From: the human T2T-CHM13v2.0 reference genome, Homo sapiens
Assembly (NCBI RefSeq): GCF_009914755.1
Contig: NC_060940.1
DNA: 64,000 bases
Strand: one strand, 5' to 3'
Shown: positions 40,483-53,530 of the stretch, one piece after another
Layout of the letters: each line of letters starts with the position of its first letter
Position numbering within the stretch: the stretch's first letter is position 1
Translations under genes and position numbers: made by a program
The notes under the pieces: model-generated
Seen by the model: the letters and a program-made list of their open reading frames with translations, nothing else
Database searches by the model: none
What the model was told of the DNA's origin: nothing

Positions 40483-41432
40483 CTCTAAGTGATACAGTTC
40501 CCCATGGTTGCTTACTCTGGGACAGCACGGTCCCTTGTGGTTTCCTTTAATCCTGCTCACATCTTTGCAAAAAGCCCCTTTACTAAGCTCCCCTCGAATT
40601 ATCCAAATTGAGTGTGCCATCTGTTTCTTGCTAGGACCCTAATTGATGCACTTGGCTTTGCATTTCTCCAACACAGGCTTTAATTGCAAAGTAACAACAA
40701 CAAAAAAAACAAGAAAATGGAGACTACAACCAATTACTCTGTAGCAGGGAAGTGGTGGTGTTTACATGTATTCATCCATTCCCAAATATGATAGAATATT
40801 TCACAAAGTTGCAGTACACTCTTAAAGTTGATGGGAGCTGAAATAAATAAGCCTTTTTTTTTCCCCTGGGGCCTGCACTCTCAACCCTGCTGCCCTACTT
40901 GTCCTCTTCTAATGGAATGGAGGTCTATTCTAATTAAACAAGAAAACACATCTTTTCACAAAGGGAGAACGGAGGACATTGTACTCTGTTCCTCAAAGAA
41001 AGCATGCTTTAATAAGAATCCTTTTATAATCCCTGCTTTTATTTGTAGCTTCCCAAAGCTTTTGCTGGTAATAAAAGGATTGTAAAGTTGACAAATATAA
41101 GCAGGGACAAAGAAGTTTGGGGAGATAATGCTCTAGTGAATGGGCTAGTATTTGAAAGTTTATTGATCCTGCAACACCTAGAAGATGATCACGAAGAGCC
41201 AATGCTGCCATCAATCAGGGTGATATTTCTATTACAAAGTAAAAGCCCTTCCAGGCAGGGCTATCCATTTCTCATATCATGTAAGAATTATGCTTTGTGC
41301 TGAGAAAAATAATTCAGGCCAAAATGCAGGGCTTGGCATCTGAAGATCTGGATTCAAATCTGGCTTCATAGAACTTCTAACCTACTTCTTTATCATATGG
41401 AAGCAGCAAATAGAGCTGTAACAAATGCAATG

Positions 41433-42340
41433 TGTTCTGTTGTGGGGTTGCAGACATCTGCTGTCATTCCACCACTATGACTATCACAAGTAGCATCCAT
41501 TACTCCTGGAAAAAGCCACCCATTTTCACTGAGGTTCCCTCACTCTCACACTTAAAGCCTCACACTTTCCACTTCTGGTGGAGCTCCATCTCTGTGGCAA
41601 GGGTGGAACATGTGACCAAGCCTAGACCAATTAATATACTGTATACCTTGGGCAGAGAGATTTGTTTAATTATAGGCAAATGATCCAGTTACAGCCAATG
41701 AGACTTTCTAGGAAAGTGATTAGACAGGCTGTCCTTTCTCACTAGGCTTGAATGTGAGGGCTGGAACTGCTGCAGCCATTGTGGATATATGGGGAGCCTG
41801 AGGCTGAAGTCAACAGAGTAGAAGGATGACATTGTTCAAGCCCCACATAGAGCCATGCCTAAAGCTGGTATTGGTTGGGAGAAAATATAGACAAGTTTTC
41901 ACAATTTCCTTTATCTAAACCCTTTGTAATGTGACTTTGCAGATTCTCCCATTGAGAACATTAAGAGATGGAAACTACTTCCTACTCCTTGAATATGGAC
42001 TGCTCTTGTAGCTTGCTTTGACCCATGCATTCCAGTGGAAGTGATGGTGTGCACTTTTGCTGTCAGAATCCTGCACCATGCAGAAAAGCCTAGGTGAACC
42101 TGCTGGAGGATGAGAGACAATGTGGATGAGAGCCAAGGCATCCCAGCCAACAGCCAGAAGTAGTGTTGCCTAGCTGACCCACAGCTAACTGCAGATCAAT
42201 AAGGGAGCCCAGTTCAGACCAGAAGAAACATCCAACTGAGCCCAGCTTAAATTGCTGACTTGCAGATTTTCTGCGAAATAAACAGTTGTTTTAAGCTACT
42301 GTATGTTGAGGTGATTTATTATTCATCAATAACTGATACA
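41433..42340 (+). mobile_element. Nested MLT1 LTRs
   Basis: CATGTGACC.AG..GACCAAT, TGTGACTTTGCAG.TTCTCCCAT and AAATAAACAGTTGTTTTAAGCTACT motifs. Confidence 0.6.
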
Positions 42341-43150
42341 CATCCCATCCCTGAATTTTTCATTTATATGAACCGATAATTTTATTTTTGATGTAGTCAG
42401 TTAGGAATGGGTTTTCTGTGACTTGAAATAAAACAATTCTTAACACATTAAAGATGTGTCTTTATTTCCCCCACTAGATAGCATCATTAGGGATTCTGTC
42501 TTATCCTTATCCAAAGCACTTGCCCTATCTGGATCCAAAGCTGAGTGACTGATCAATAACTACTTAGTGATTGACTATGTCATATTGACAGATTCACAAA
42601 TCACATTTTGAAGAGCAAAGAATATATTTGCTCTTGAGTCTCCAATGTCATCTGTAGGGCAATTGTACTTTATTTGGCTTAGAGCCTCAACAGAAATTTG
42701 GAAGATACAAGGTGCTTCTCCAACCATCACAATAGCTGAAAACAAATACATCTGAGACATTGTATCTAAGGAACCCAACTCTGCCATCTCCCTCAAGGGA
42801 ACCCAGAAAAATCTGGGCTTTAATCCTACCCTCCTTGCTATAAAAACCTGAAATGATGTCATCTTTTTCTTTCTAAAATAAAATAAAGGCATGTAGTGCT
42901 TCTAGGCAAGAGGTCTAGATGTATCTGCCTTTCCTGTCCTCCAGGACACCATCCACTTATTGCTACAACTTGCTGCATTATTCCTGCAATTTATTTTCTT
43001 CTTTTTGCACAAAAAAAAAAGGAAGAAAAAACTAAAGCAGGGATTCCATAGAATTCATCCTCTACTTTAGTAAAAAGGTAGAATCCACCTGACCTATTCT
43101 GTATGTCAGAGTGGAATCCAGCAGCCATTTCTCTCCAATTATTGAAAAAT

Positions 43151-43205
43151 TGTGTGTGTGTGTGTGCGTGTGTGCGTGTGTGTGTGTGTGTAGAGAGAGA
43201 GAGAA
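43151..43205. repeat. Compound (TG/CG)n-(AG)n microsatellite
   Basis: Directly visible. Confidence 0.92.
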
Positions 43206-43323
43206 AAAAAAGGTAGATATACACCAGCATTTTTATTCTTAAATAAGAGGATAATCAGGCTTACTCCCACCCAAGTGAGTTTACACTTTAAATTCTTAAA
43301 TGGCTGGTTTTTTTTTCCCTCAG

Positions 43324-43422
43324 ATCTGCAGACGAAGGTCCAAAGGAAGAAGATTTTGTTGAAGACTGAAAAGAGAAATATACTTGGTGGACAGAGATAA
43401 CTCCTTTCAGCACAGAGGTCAG
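43324..43422 (+). ncRNA. Candidate plus-strand non-coding exon (99 nt), antisense to CASC16
   Basis: TTTTTTTTTCCCTCAG|ATC acceptor, CAG|GTAAGG donor, GAAGAAGA enhancer-like content, stops in all three frames. Confidence 0.5.
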
Positions 43423-43959
43423 GTAAGGGAATCACAGACTGACATTTACCCTTCTCTCTGAACTCTCCCAGGCCTCAACAGCTCCTAATCTTTCCTTTCT
43501 TCATTCTCCCTCCTCCTCATTCACATCTCTTTCCCCAAGAAGACTCAAGAAAAAGTCCAAGATAAGAAATTCCATTTATAAGAAAAGGAAGGCACAGGTT
43601 AATTTGGTTTATCTCCTCCAACCTCAACAATGGATGTGAGTTCTGACAATTGCTTGTGGCCAGAACCAATCAAACTTTCCTTCCTCATTAGATGACAAGG
43701 CTGCAGCATGAAGAAGATGCCATATTGTGGAATTGGGTGTCAAGGAGAAGACATTCGAAGGTGCATGAACAGAGTGAAGGTGGTGCAAGCAAGTGCAGAG
43801 GAGGTGGGGAGACTGGAGTGCTGGGAAAAGGGTCAGCAGAAGCTAGCAAACATGAAAGACACAACACAAAACAAGCAGTTGTGCAAATTAGGATGATAAG
43901 GGGGGAGTGGTCAAAGGTGTGTTTCTCATGGCTCAACCAGTGCAAACTCAGTCTTATGA

Positions 43960-44440
43960 CCCTACATGACTGACTGCACCTGGCCTCTGCATCCCTTCAG
44001 CCTCTTCCCCAAAAGGACTCCTCCTTATTGCCAGCCACACAAGCCTTCCTTCATTTCCTCTAACAGGCCAGACTTGTTCCTGGCTCCCGGTCTTGGCATT
44101 CACTGTTTTTTCTGCCATAGCTGGCTCCTTCCCAAACATGGAATCTCAGCCCAAACAATATCTCCTCTGAGACACCAGCCTTGATCACCTTTATACAATA
44201 CAGATCTGCTCCTGCCCATCACTTTCTATCTCATGACCCTACAATGTGCCCCTTCGTGATAGCTCACACCAGCTAAAACCATCTTGTTTGTGGATTGCTC
44301 ACTTGCCCCCTGCCTGTCTCTAGCTCTAGGAGGTCGGCTCCCTGTCACTGTCTGGTCTACTGTGTCGTACCACCCATGCCCAGCACCTAGCCTTGCACAT
44401 TATAGGACTTAATGCAAACTTCTTGACTGAAAGAAAAATG
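43960..44440 (+). mobile_element. L2 3' fragment
   Basis: CAGCCACACAAGCCTTCC..TTGCTCACTTG..CCCAGCACCTAG L2 3'-end pattern. Confidence 0.55.
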
Positions 44441-46817
44441 AAGAAACTCAGCCTTGGGAGAGAAAACAACCATTAAATGATTATTTAATAAAATAGAGTA
44501 TTAATCTATTTTATATTAATTATTAATTTAGTTCATAAAATATTAATTGTCTTTACAACGAATGTGTCCTTAGTCATTGGTGTTTGTGCTTTGTGAATCT
44601 TCACATCCCATGGGGCCAGTAATGGGGGTGGGGGTGTAGTGTGGGAAGTGGGGCAGGGAACCAATCTGGCCTGCAGGGGTTACCTGCCCCATGGGTGCCT
44701 GCAGGCTTCATGTGGTTTCAGTGGCATGGCACCCTGATGGGAAGAGTGGCTCAGAATTGGTGGAGTATGGTGATAATAAAAAGCAAAACAACTTTTAGTT
44801 GATTATTGTTTTTTAATTCTATACCGACTATGGCCCCTTCACTACCTGCACCCTGTGAGGAGAGTTTTCCCACATCTGTCCCACTCCCACCCTCACACTC
44901 CACTGGTTTTTTCCCCCTTCTTGAGTGAACACACGCACTGGAAGAGCAGGTGTCCTTGAAGGGAGGACCAGCTCCATGACAGGACACATGTCCTCCCAAA
45001 CACAAACATACGCAAACACAGAACAAATTAGAATCTATCCTGGCTCCTGAGAACACTTGCTCTCAGGCCACTAAAGCACCTTGATAATAAATTGTCCTGT
45101 GCCTGCTACCTCTGTCTCCACCTGCTCCTGGCAGAAATCTCTTCCCTCATTCCAGCCACTCTCTGGAGGGCAGGCAGGGTTCTGTTTATCCATGTCCACA
45201 GGCCATGCCAACCAATGGCTCATGGCTTCCCCACTTCCAGGAAAGCCACATGGCCCAGGATACAATAGAGTAGGGAATGAGTAGGAGGAGAACTGGTCTC
45301 TTTATCCCAGCAATATGGACCTTGTGATGGAAAGAGACCTAAAGACAGTCACATTTACTTCTCATCTCTACCCGGGCCCTTTCACACCTAACAGAGTATG
45401 GCAATTGGTACATGGATAGCACTGAGCTGAGTGACCCATCATTACTTCCTGCCATCGGACACTTATGTTCCATCCCAGTAGGGTTCCCTAGTCACAATGA
45501 AGATCCAGTCTCTATGCTACCTCCATCTGATTTCTTCCTTGATCTCTACTCCTTTTATCCCACTAACAAATTTTGTATTATTACTTTTCATTTATTCAAA
45601 AGTATACATTTGTTTGTGCACAAAAAAATACAATTTCTTTTTTTGTATGGTTCAGATTTAAATCCCACATACATGATATATGCAAGCAAGTTGCTTTGCT
45701 GGGGAGATTTGTGAAATTTCCTCACACTCATGTTGTAAGCTACTTTGTGGTCCTCATCTCTTTTCACATGGACAGCACTCTTACAGAAATTAAGAACTTT
45801 ATTTTTTTGTAGAAAACCAGATGTAAGCCCATTGAAAGGAGAAACCTTGGCTATCTTTGTCATTATAATAAATCTAGTATGAAATTGTTGGTTAGAAAAT
45901 ATTAAATGAAAGGAAGACAGAGAAGGAGGGAAGAGGAAGGTAAGAAGGGAGGAGGGAGCTAGAGAAAAGGGGGCGGGAGGGAGAAAAGAAATTAAGTTGT
46001 CCTGAAACTCAACTGCTAGGACAGTTACTGTGAGTAAAGAGGAAATAACAGTTTATAGAAAAATATGTTTCTTATTTTGAAAAAAAAAAGTTTGGAATAA
46101 AACAAAAAATACAAAGACCCCTATTTTTTAGAATTATGAGGAGTTGGAGGAGTCACTTAAATGTTTGTTAAACATCACTACTTCTACCTATAAAGGGGAA
46201 AATACTTATAAAGGGAAAATTTTAACTAGAGTGATATTTGGGACTTAAAATGTCTGGTACCAATTTTATCCATTTCTCATCCCAGAGCAGGAAGTTTGCA
46301 TTGTTTATGACTGAATATTCAAGTATCTTTCCCCCACTAGGATTTACTGTAGGTTCGTGGTAGTGACAGGGGATTTAAATGAAAATTTTTAGGTCTCGGT
46401 CAGTAAAACGACCTGTGTCAGCCTAGAGAAAGAGGAAGAGAGGAGACAGGGTTGACCCAGCGCTGGACGAGTCTGAAGATGTGCATGGGGAGAAAATAAT
46501 TGAGCTCATGTGACCCAAAGTCAAGTGTACTCTGGGTTTAGGTCTCAGCTGCAGTATTTATCGGACTGTGAGGATCATTTCAGCTCCCTGAGCCTCAGTT
46601 TACTACTCATCTACAGAATGGAATTAATAACATTAAATGAGATGATGCATCACTAGACATTTAGCTCAGATCATGGCATGTATTACATATGCCACAACTG
46701 TTAGCTAGTGTTATGATAATCTTTGTTATTATTATGGTCAAGATGCCTACTGCAAGACTAAATATATATCAAATGTTTTCTGTTGAGCATACAACTTGAG
46801 CATATTTTCCAACTTAC

Positions 46818-46949
46818 CTTACAGTTCCATGTACCCACGTGGCTGGATTCTGAACAATGACCACTTCCAGACCGGACTTACAAAATCTCTCTCCACACTC
46901 TCTCATTTCCCTCATCTTCCGAGAAGATCCAATGGAGGACTTCAAAGTC
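46818..46949 (-). ncRNA. CASC16: Candidate internal CASC16 exon (132 nt)
   Basis: Acceptor CTTTCTGTCTTGTCGCTTTGCCATCTTCTAG|G and consensus donor AAG|GTAAGT. Confidence 0.5.
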
Positions 46950-47140
46950 CTAGAAGATGGCAAAGCGACAAGACAGAAAGAATGTCATCCATGAATGACC
47001 ACGTGGAGCAGAGCTCCCACTCCCTGCCCTGCTGTCCCACATTGCACAAGAATGTGACATAGAAACACAATTTCATTTCTCTTATGTCACGGAAATTTGA
47101 GGACTCTTCCTTATAGTTGCTAGTATTAATTACCCTAGCT
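46900..47140 (+). mobile_element. MLT1J-type LTR fragment
   Basis: GAAGATGGCAAAGC.ACAAGA...ATGAATGACCACGTGGAGCAGAGC. Confidence 0.6.
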
Positions 47141-49068
47141 AATGCCAAGGAAGACCAAAAAGTCTTTCCAATGCTTTGTAAGGACTAACCAGAAGACACA
47201 CATAAACACAGCTTTGCTCAAATTCATTTTTGTCACAAATCACTTCTTCAGGGCCTCAGAATGTGAATTCCAGCTGCTCTGTCAACCAATGTCTAGAAAC
47301 ATTTTTGCTGTTGAGTGCAAAGTCTTCATTCATGAGGGTGCTCTCCAAACGCATTCATTCCATGGTGTTCATTTCTTGGTATAGAAGCATATGAGGAACA
47401 GCACACTCCCTGGATCTATATACTACATTACCTGTATTAATAAGAATGCTAGGCTGTACCCATTCATTATCTACCAGCCCGCCAGACAAAATGATTCACC
47501 CTAGACTTACAGGTTGAAGTCAATTGAGTATCCTTTGAACTGGAGGGAGAGGCGCTTCCATAAAGTGGTGAGAGCTTTATGGCAGAAAGTTCTATTAATG
47601 ACCCCACTTCAGTGCTTATCAGGAGCAGGCCATATAATCCCTTCCCGGAATTACATGCTGGTCGGTTCAGATAAATAACCCAGATCTCTGTCATTTATAA
47701 TCCAAAACGTTAACAATTAATTTCCAAAATCAATCCTGAAGGGGGCTAGAAGCCTAAATCGCTAGGTCCAGGCAGACCCCACTCCATGAATTTCTCATGA
47801 GTCAAAATTTAAGCCTCGAAACTTGTAACTAACTGTTGTCAAGACACAGCTGACTTAGGCAATCAAGACAACAGTATTCAGCAGTAACCTGGGTGAAACA
47901 TACTCTAAGTGTGAATTAATAAGTCGGCTGACACCAGGCCCCAGATGTTTCCCACTCTGGCAATATGCCTGAAGTGATGATAAGCAGATTTACATACTTA
48001 ACTAATATGTTTATTTAAAAGAAATTTCCAAATCCAAAATAACATCCAGATTTCTTATTTGGCTGCAGATCAAAAGACATCCTATCAATAAAGACAGAAT
48101 CCAGGATAAACCTTTTCAACATCTGCTTAAAACCAAACAACAGATTTGAGAGTTTTGGTAAAACTTAATTGCAGACAAATTTCACTGCCTCTTACATAAA
48201 TATATATTTTCATGTCCCTGGGGTGGTTCTGACCTCATCAATTTTCGTGTTCACAATACACAACATTGTTCTTTTACCAGCACCAACAATTCTGCCTTTA
48301 TGGAGAATTCCCATCCCAAGGTTTTCTTTCAGACTGAAGGATAAACAGACTTTCTCTCTGGCCAGGAAAAGTCGAACAAAAGTCAGGGGCATGTGCTAAC
48401 ACTTGGAATGTTGTAGAAAAGAAAAATCGACCCCTCTACCAGTAAGATCTTTGTTTTTCTATAAATATTAGAAAGCATTTATTTGGTCTCCATCTCCGAT
48501 AAATCTGGAAGGAGAATAGAAAAGTAGAGATGCTCCTTGAGTATTACATTTTTTTTTTTTCTTTTCGGTGGTGTTGATTCCCCAAGGGAGAGCTTAGTAA
48601 CTGGATCAAAGTCTTAACAGATCTGTGTGCTTGTGAAGGAGATGATAATAGGAGGGGTGTTGGCCATAGTAGCACTTATCCCTTTAGTGTGAATTAGTTC
48701 ACTTTCTTCAGGTCTTAGCTGTCTGAAATTGGACCATGATCCTTGGGCACTGAGACATTTTTCTCCCATCTGGCCAGTGCTGCAATTGAGCTAAGGATTT
48801 GGTTCAGAGACTCTTGTTGCCTGGGGATCTGTTTAATGTCAAGACCGATATTAGCTGGTTGACCCTGGGGTCGGGTGACTTAGAGAGTCAGAAGTCATCC
48901 ATGTTTGCTGCTGCTCCACCCTTTGAACTTAGTCATGATAAACTCCTGGGTCCAATCCTGTTACAGCCAAAATAGCAAGAAAAGAGTGGTAGAAGCAATC
49001 AGAAAAATGCATAGTAAGGCACCAATGAGATACCATCTTCCTCTTCTCAATTGGCATACACTTTAAAA

Positions 49069-49279
49069 TAGCGGTGTTCAGTCTTTTGGCTTCCCTGGGC
49101 CACACTGGAAGAAGAATTGTCTTGGGCCACACATAAAATACACTAACACCAATGATAACTGATGGGCAAAAAAAAAAAAAAAGAATCACAAAAAATTTCT
49201 CATAATGTTTTAAGAAAGTTTACAAATTTGTGTTGGGCCGCATTCAAAGCCATCCTGGGCCACATGCAGGACAAGCTTG
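49069..49279 (+). mobile_element. MER30 hAT-Charlie MITE
   Basis: TCTTTTGGCTTCCCTGGGCCACACTGGAAGAAGAATTGTCTTGGGCCACAC; 8-bp TSD ctttaaaa at 49061 and 49280. Confidence 0.92.
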
Positions 49280-49589
49280 CTTTAAAATATCCCATTTGAA
49301 GACAGTTCAGATCTCCCCAGTTATAGATGATTTATCAAATAACTATGTATGTATGAAATTAATATATCAAAAGCCTTAAAACATTTCCAACCTTTGACCA
49401 AAAAATTGTTCTTCTAGGATGTATCTTAAGACATAATTATGATTTGTGCACAAATTTAGCTATGAAAATGTAGTTTTACTTATGATATGACAAAAATATC
49501 ACAAATGACCTAGGTGTCAAACAATAGAGACCAGTTAATTAAATGATGTTCCACAACTTATATAATTATTAAAAACATTTAGGATATTT

Positions 49590-50165
49590 ACATTTAATAA
49601 AACCCATAGTGAGGGCATTTAGATTGTTTCTAATTTGGACTTTTATGAATAAAGCTACTATGAAATTATTGTATAGTTTTTCTTTTTATAAATAGATGCT
49701 TTCATCTGTTTTGGGTAACCCTCCATGAGTAAAATAGCTGGATTATATGGGAAATAAATGTTTAACTTTATAAAGAACTACCAAACTTGTTTCCAAAGTG
49801 ATTATATCATTTTACAACACTGCAACAATGTATGAAAATTCTAGTTGCTCCACCTCCTTCTCAATACTTGGTTTCCCAATCATTTTAATTTTAGCCATTC
49901 TGGCAGGTGTGTAGTGATATGTCATTATCGTTTTAATTTACATTCCCCTAATAATTAAGAATGTGAGCATCTTTTCATGTGCTTATTCTCCACTTGGGTA
50001 TTTTATTTTGTGAGTTGACTATTCAAATCTTCTTTTCATTTTTTATTAGGTCATTTGTCTTATTGAGTTGTAGGAGTTCTTCATATATTCTGGATATAAG
50101 CCCTTTGTCAGATGTTTTGCAAATATTATCTCCCAACCTGTGGTTTTCATTTTCATTTTGTTTAT
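49590..50165 (-). mobile_element. L1M 3' fragment
   Basis: TTCCAAAGTGATTATATCATTTTACA...TTTTAGCCATTCTG...GATATAAGCCCTTTGTCAGAT. Confidence 0.8.
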
Positions 50166-50167
50166 AG

Positions 50168-50169
50168 TT

Positions 50170-50220
<51 letters not shown>

Positions 50221-50546
50221 CTTTCTTTCTTTTCTTTCTTCCTTTATTTCTTTTTCTTTTCTTTTTTTTTTTTTTGGTGAGACAGTCTCACTCCATCACC
50301 CAGACTGCAGTGCAGTGGCACCATCTCACCTCACTGCAACCTCCACCTGCTGGGTTCAAGTGATTCTCATGTAGCAGCCGGGATTACAGGCACTTGCCAC
50401 CACACTCAGCTAATTTTTGTATTTTTAGTAGAGACAGGGTTTTGCCATGCTGGCCAGCCTGGTCTCTAACTCTTGGCCTCAAGAGATCTGCCCACCTCAG
50501 CCTCTCAAAGTGCTGGGATTACAGGTGTGAGCTACCGTGACTGGCT
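50168..50546 (-). mobile_element. AluS with expanded (TTTC)n tail
   Basis: About 110 nt TTTC/CT microsatellite followed by antisense Alu body. Confidence 0.92.
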
Positions 50547-51264
50547 TCATCATAGTATCTTTCTAAGTACAGAAATTTTGAACTTAAGTTGCTTTTGAGA
50601 AAAAGAAATGTTGTGGTGCTTAGTGAAAAGATTCAAGAGCACCTGCCTTTCAACCCCTGCTCAGCCTCTGTTTTTTTACTTGGCTGCCAACTCTCTTGCT
50701 GTGTGGACTTTTCCTCATCAATCCAACCATCTGGTGCCTACTGGTGGAAGCTGTGAGTGGGTAAAGGCCAATGAGGTGTCAGGGAACAACAGTAGAAACA
50801 GAAGCCAAACCTAACCTGCCCTGGAGCTTCCCATGTGCTCTAGAAAGGGAAGTGCCTTGTCTGCTGAGGCACCTTCTAGTACTTTCCAGCTTTAAACGAA
50901 GCATGGATCTTTTCCTTCACAATTAACAAAAGCCCTTGTTCAGGTATGTTTGGCACGTGCTGTCATGCTTCTTTGTCACAAGCAAAACAAGAAACTAGGG
51001 ATCCTTCAAAATTCTATTAGAAAATAGACCTTTCAGGAAATGTTGCAGAATTGGCTTTCTGGGATATGGGACCAAATATTCCTTCATTCCCTGAGAATTG
51101 ACTTCTTTCTGCTGTATGCTCCAAATGAACTCCATATATACATACCTCATCATGCCTCTAAATTTTTAGGGCACACATTTCTTTACATGTCTACCTCCTG
51201 CAATTACACTGGAAGCCCCTTGAAAGCATGACCATGTTTTGTACATCTTTGTATGTATAGTGCC

Positions 51265-51639
51265 TGTCTTAGTCCATTTCTATTGCTGTAAGAAAATACC
51301 TTAAATCTGGTAAATTATAAATCATAGAGATTTATTTCTCACAATCCTGACGACTGGGAAGTCCAACATCAGGGCACCAGAAGATTTGATGTCTGCAGAG
51401 GGCTGTCTCTGCTTTCAAGATGGTGCCTTCTTGGTGCATCCTCACATAGCAAAATGACAGAGAGTAAAAAGGACTAAACAGACTTCTTTAAGATGTTTTA
51501 CAAGGGCACTAATTCCATTCATAAGGGCAGGGCCTCATAACCTAATCACCTCCTAATGGCCCCACCTCTTAATACCATTGCATTGGTGATTAAGTTTTAA
51601 CACAAATTTTAGAAAGACACAAACATTCAAACCATAGCA
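51265..51639 (-). mobile_element. MST/MLT1A-type solo LTR
   Basis: TG...CA ends, 5-bp TSD gtgcc at 51260 and 51640. Confidence 0.88.
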
Positions 51640-51769
51640 GTGCCTACCACAGAACTGATACAGAATGAGAACTCAATGGATACTACTTGAATGGCTGAAT
51701 GAATGAAGTGAATTAATTGTTCGTATCCCCAAATCTGAGAGATATCTCTCTGTTTAATAATCTATTTTG

Positions 51770-52010
51770 TTAAAACTTTGCTCTGGAGTTGGACAGACCT
51801 GGGATCACATCTCAGCTCCAGTTCTTGCTAGCTGTGTAACTGAGACAAAGTTCTCAGCTTCCTTTGAGTCCCATGGCTTATTAAAGGGGAACAATGGTTA
51901 TAATTATAATAACTACCTCATGAGTGTGTATGGACTCAATGAGTTAACACAAAGTGTGTAAGCCAGTGCCTGGTTCTTAGTAAGTGCTCTGTAAATGTTA
52001 GCTTTGGTTA
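51770..52010 (+). mobile_element. MIR
   Basis: CTCTGGAGTTGGACAGACCTGGG...AGTAAGTGCTC.GTAAATGTTAGCT. Confidence 0.75.
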
Positions 52011-52426
52011 TTTACATGCTGTGTTTTATGTGACCCATTTCTTATGAAATAATGTTTGCTACAAGTAGAAGATGATGGTGATGGCCAAATGTGCATTATA
52101 TATTTTAGTGTTCATAACAACCAGTTATTATTATCCTTTTTTCAGTTGTAATTGAAGTGACATGCGTGAGGTCACAAAGCCAGTGATAAAGCTGGGATTC
52201 AGACTCAGGCTGACCATACTTTAATCTCTAAACATAGTCACTCTGTCCCTTCACACAGGAAAGCATTCTCTGATTTGGAGGAGAGAATTCCTGTAGCCAA
52301 GGATGGTGGCATAAGCCATAGACATGGGGCTGTCAAATTGCTTAGCCTAGAAGAACAAGAGTCAGCCAACTTTGGGGACTCCCTGTTCTATCCCCCTCCC
52401 TCTTATGGCAATAGGATTAAGTTCTG

Positions 52427-52797
52427 TGTATTAGTCCATTTTCATGAGGCTGATAAAGACATACCAAAGACTGGGTAATTTACTTAAAAAAAAAAAAAAG
52501 AGGTTTAATGGACTCAGAGTTCCACATGGCTGGGGAGGCCTCACAATCATGGCAGAAGACAAAAGTCACATCTTACATGGTGGCAGACAAGAGAGAATGA
52601 GAGCCAAGTGAAAGGGGGATCTCTCTTTATAAAACCATCAGATCTCGTGAGACTTACTCACTACCATGAGAACAGTATGAGGAAACTGTCCCCCATGATT
52701 CATTTCTCTCCCACCAGGTCCCTCCCACAACACTTAGGAATTATGGGATCTACAATTCAAGATGAGATTTGGGTGGGGACACAGCCAAATCATATCA
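52427..52797 (-). mobile_element. THE1 solo LTR
   Basis: TGTATTAGTCCATTTTCATG...GAGATTTGGGTGGGGACACAGCCAAATCATATCA. Confidence 0.92.
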
Positions 52798-53129
52798 AGT
52801 ATATTGCAGAAAACATGAATAACAGTGGCTAAAACAAGATACAATTTTTTTTCTCTTACATAAGAAAAGAGCAGCCTAAAGCTTATTTAGCCTAAAGCTG
52901 GTATGGTGGGTTCCAGTCCACAGGACCAGGGTTCTACTTTTTTGCTCCTTGAAAATAAGCATCCAGGAGAAGTGCTGTTCTTCCTCACGGGGCCTGAGAT
53001 TCTCCTCTCCTACCAAGTGTCACCTTTCTGCTGGTCTGCAGAAACTCCTCTGTCTCTTCAGGCAGCAGCACCAGATACACCAAGCAGACCAAAACAACAT
53101 CACAAAGGCTCTGAAAATTAAACTGTCTT

Positions 53130-53530
53130 TGTAACCACAGTCCACGAAACTATGCCAAGACCTCCGTGCTAAACCTAAACAGGCTGACTGCCTGCTAAAA
53201 TAAAAGATTAAAACAGGATCCAGAGTCTCCTAATATAATAGCCAAAATGTTCAGTATACAGTAAAAAGCCATGACACTGAGAACCAAGCAAAACACAAGT
53301 GAACTAAAAAAGACCATCAACTGACAGCCATGCTCAGATGAATCAGATGCTGGAATTGCCTAACAAGGATTTTAAAGGAGACAGAAATGCTTCAACAATC
53401 AATTACACATTCTCTTGAAACAAATAAAAAAAATATAAAATCTGGGCAAAAAATAGTTTTTTTATTTTTTTAAAAAAAGGAAACCACAGAACTCTAAAAT
53501 ATGCAGAAACTCTAAAATAAAACAGAAATA
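53130..53530 (+). mobile_element. L1M 5'/ORF1-region fragment
   Basis: CAGATGCTGGAATT...ACAAGGATTTTAAAG..AAATGCTTCAACAA.CAATTAC pattern; a similar fragment lies at about 15800-16450. Confidence 0.6.
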
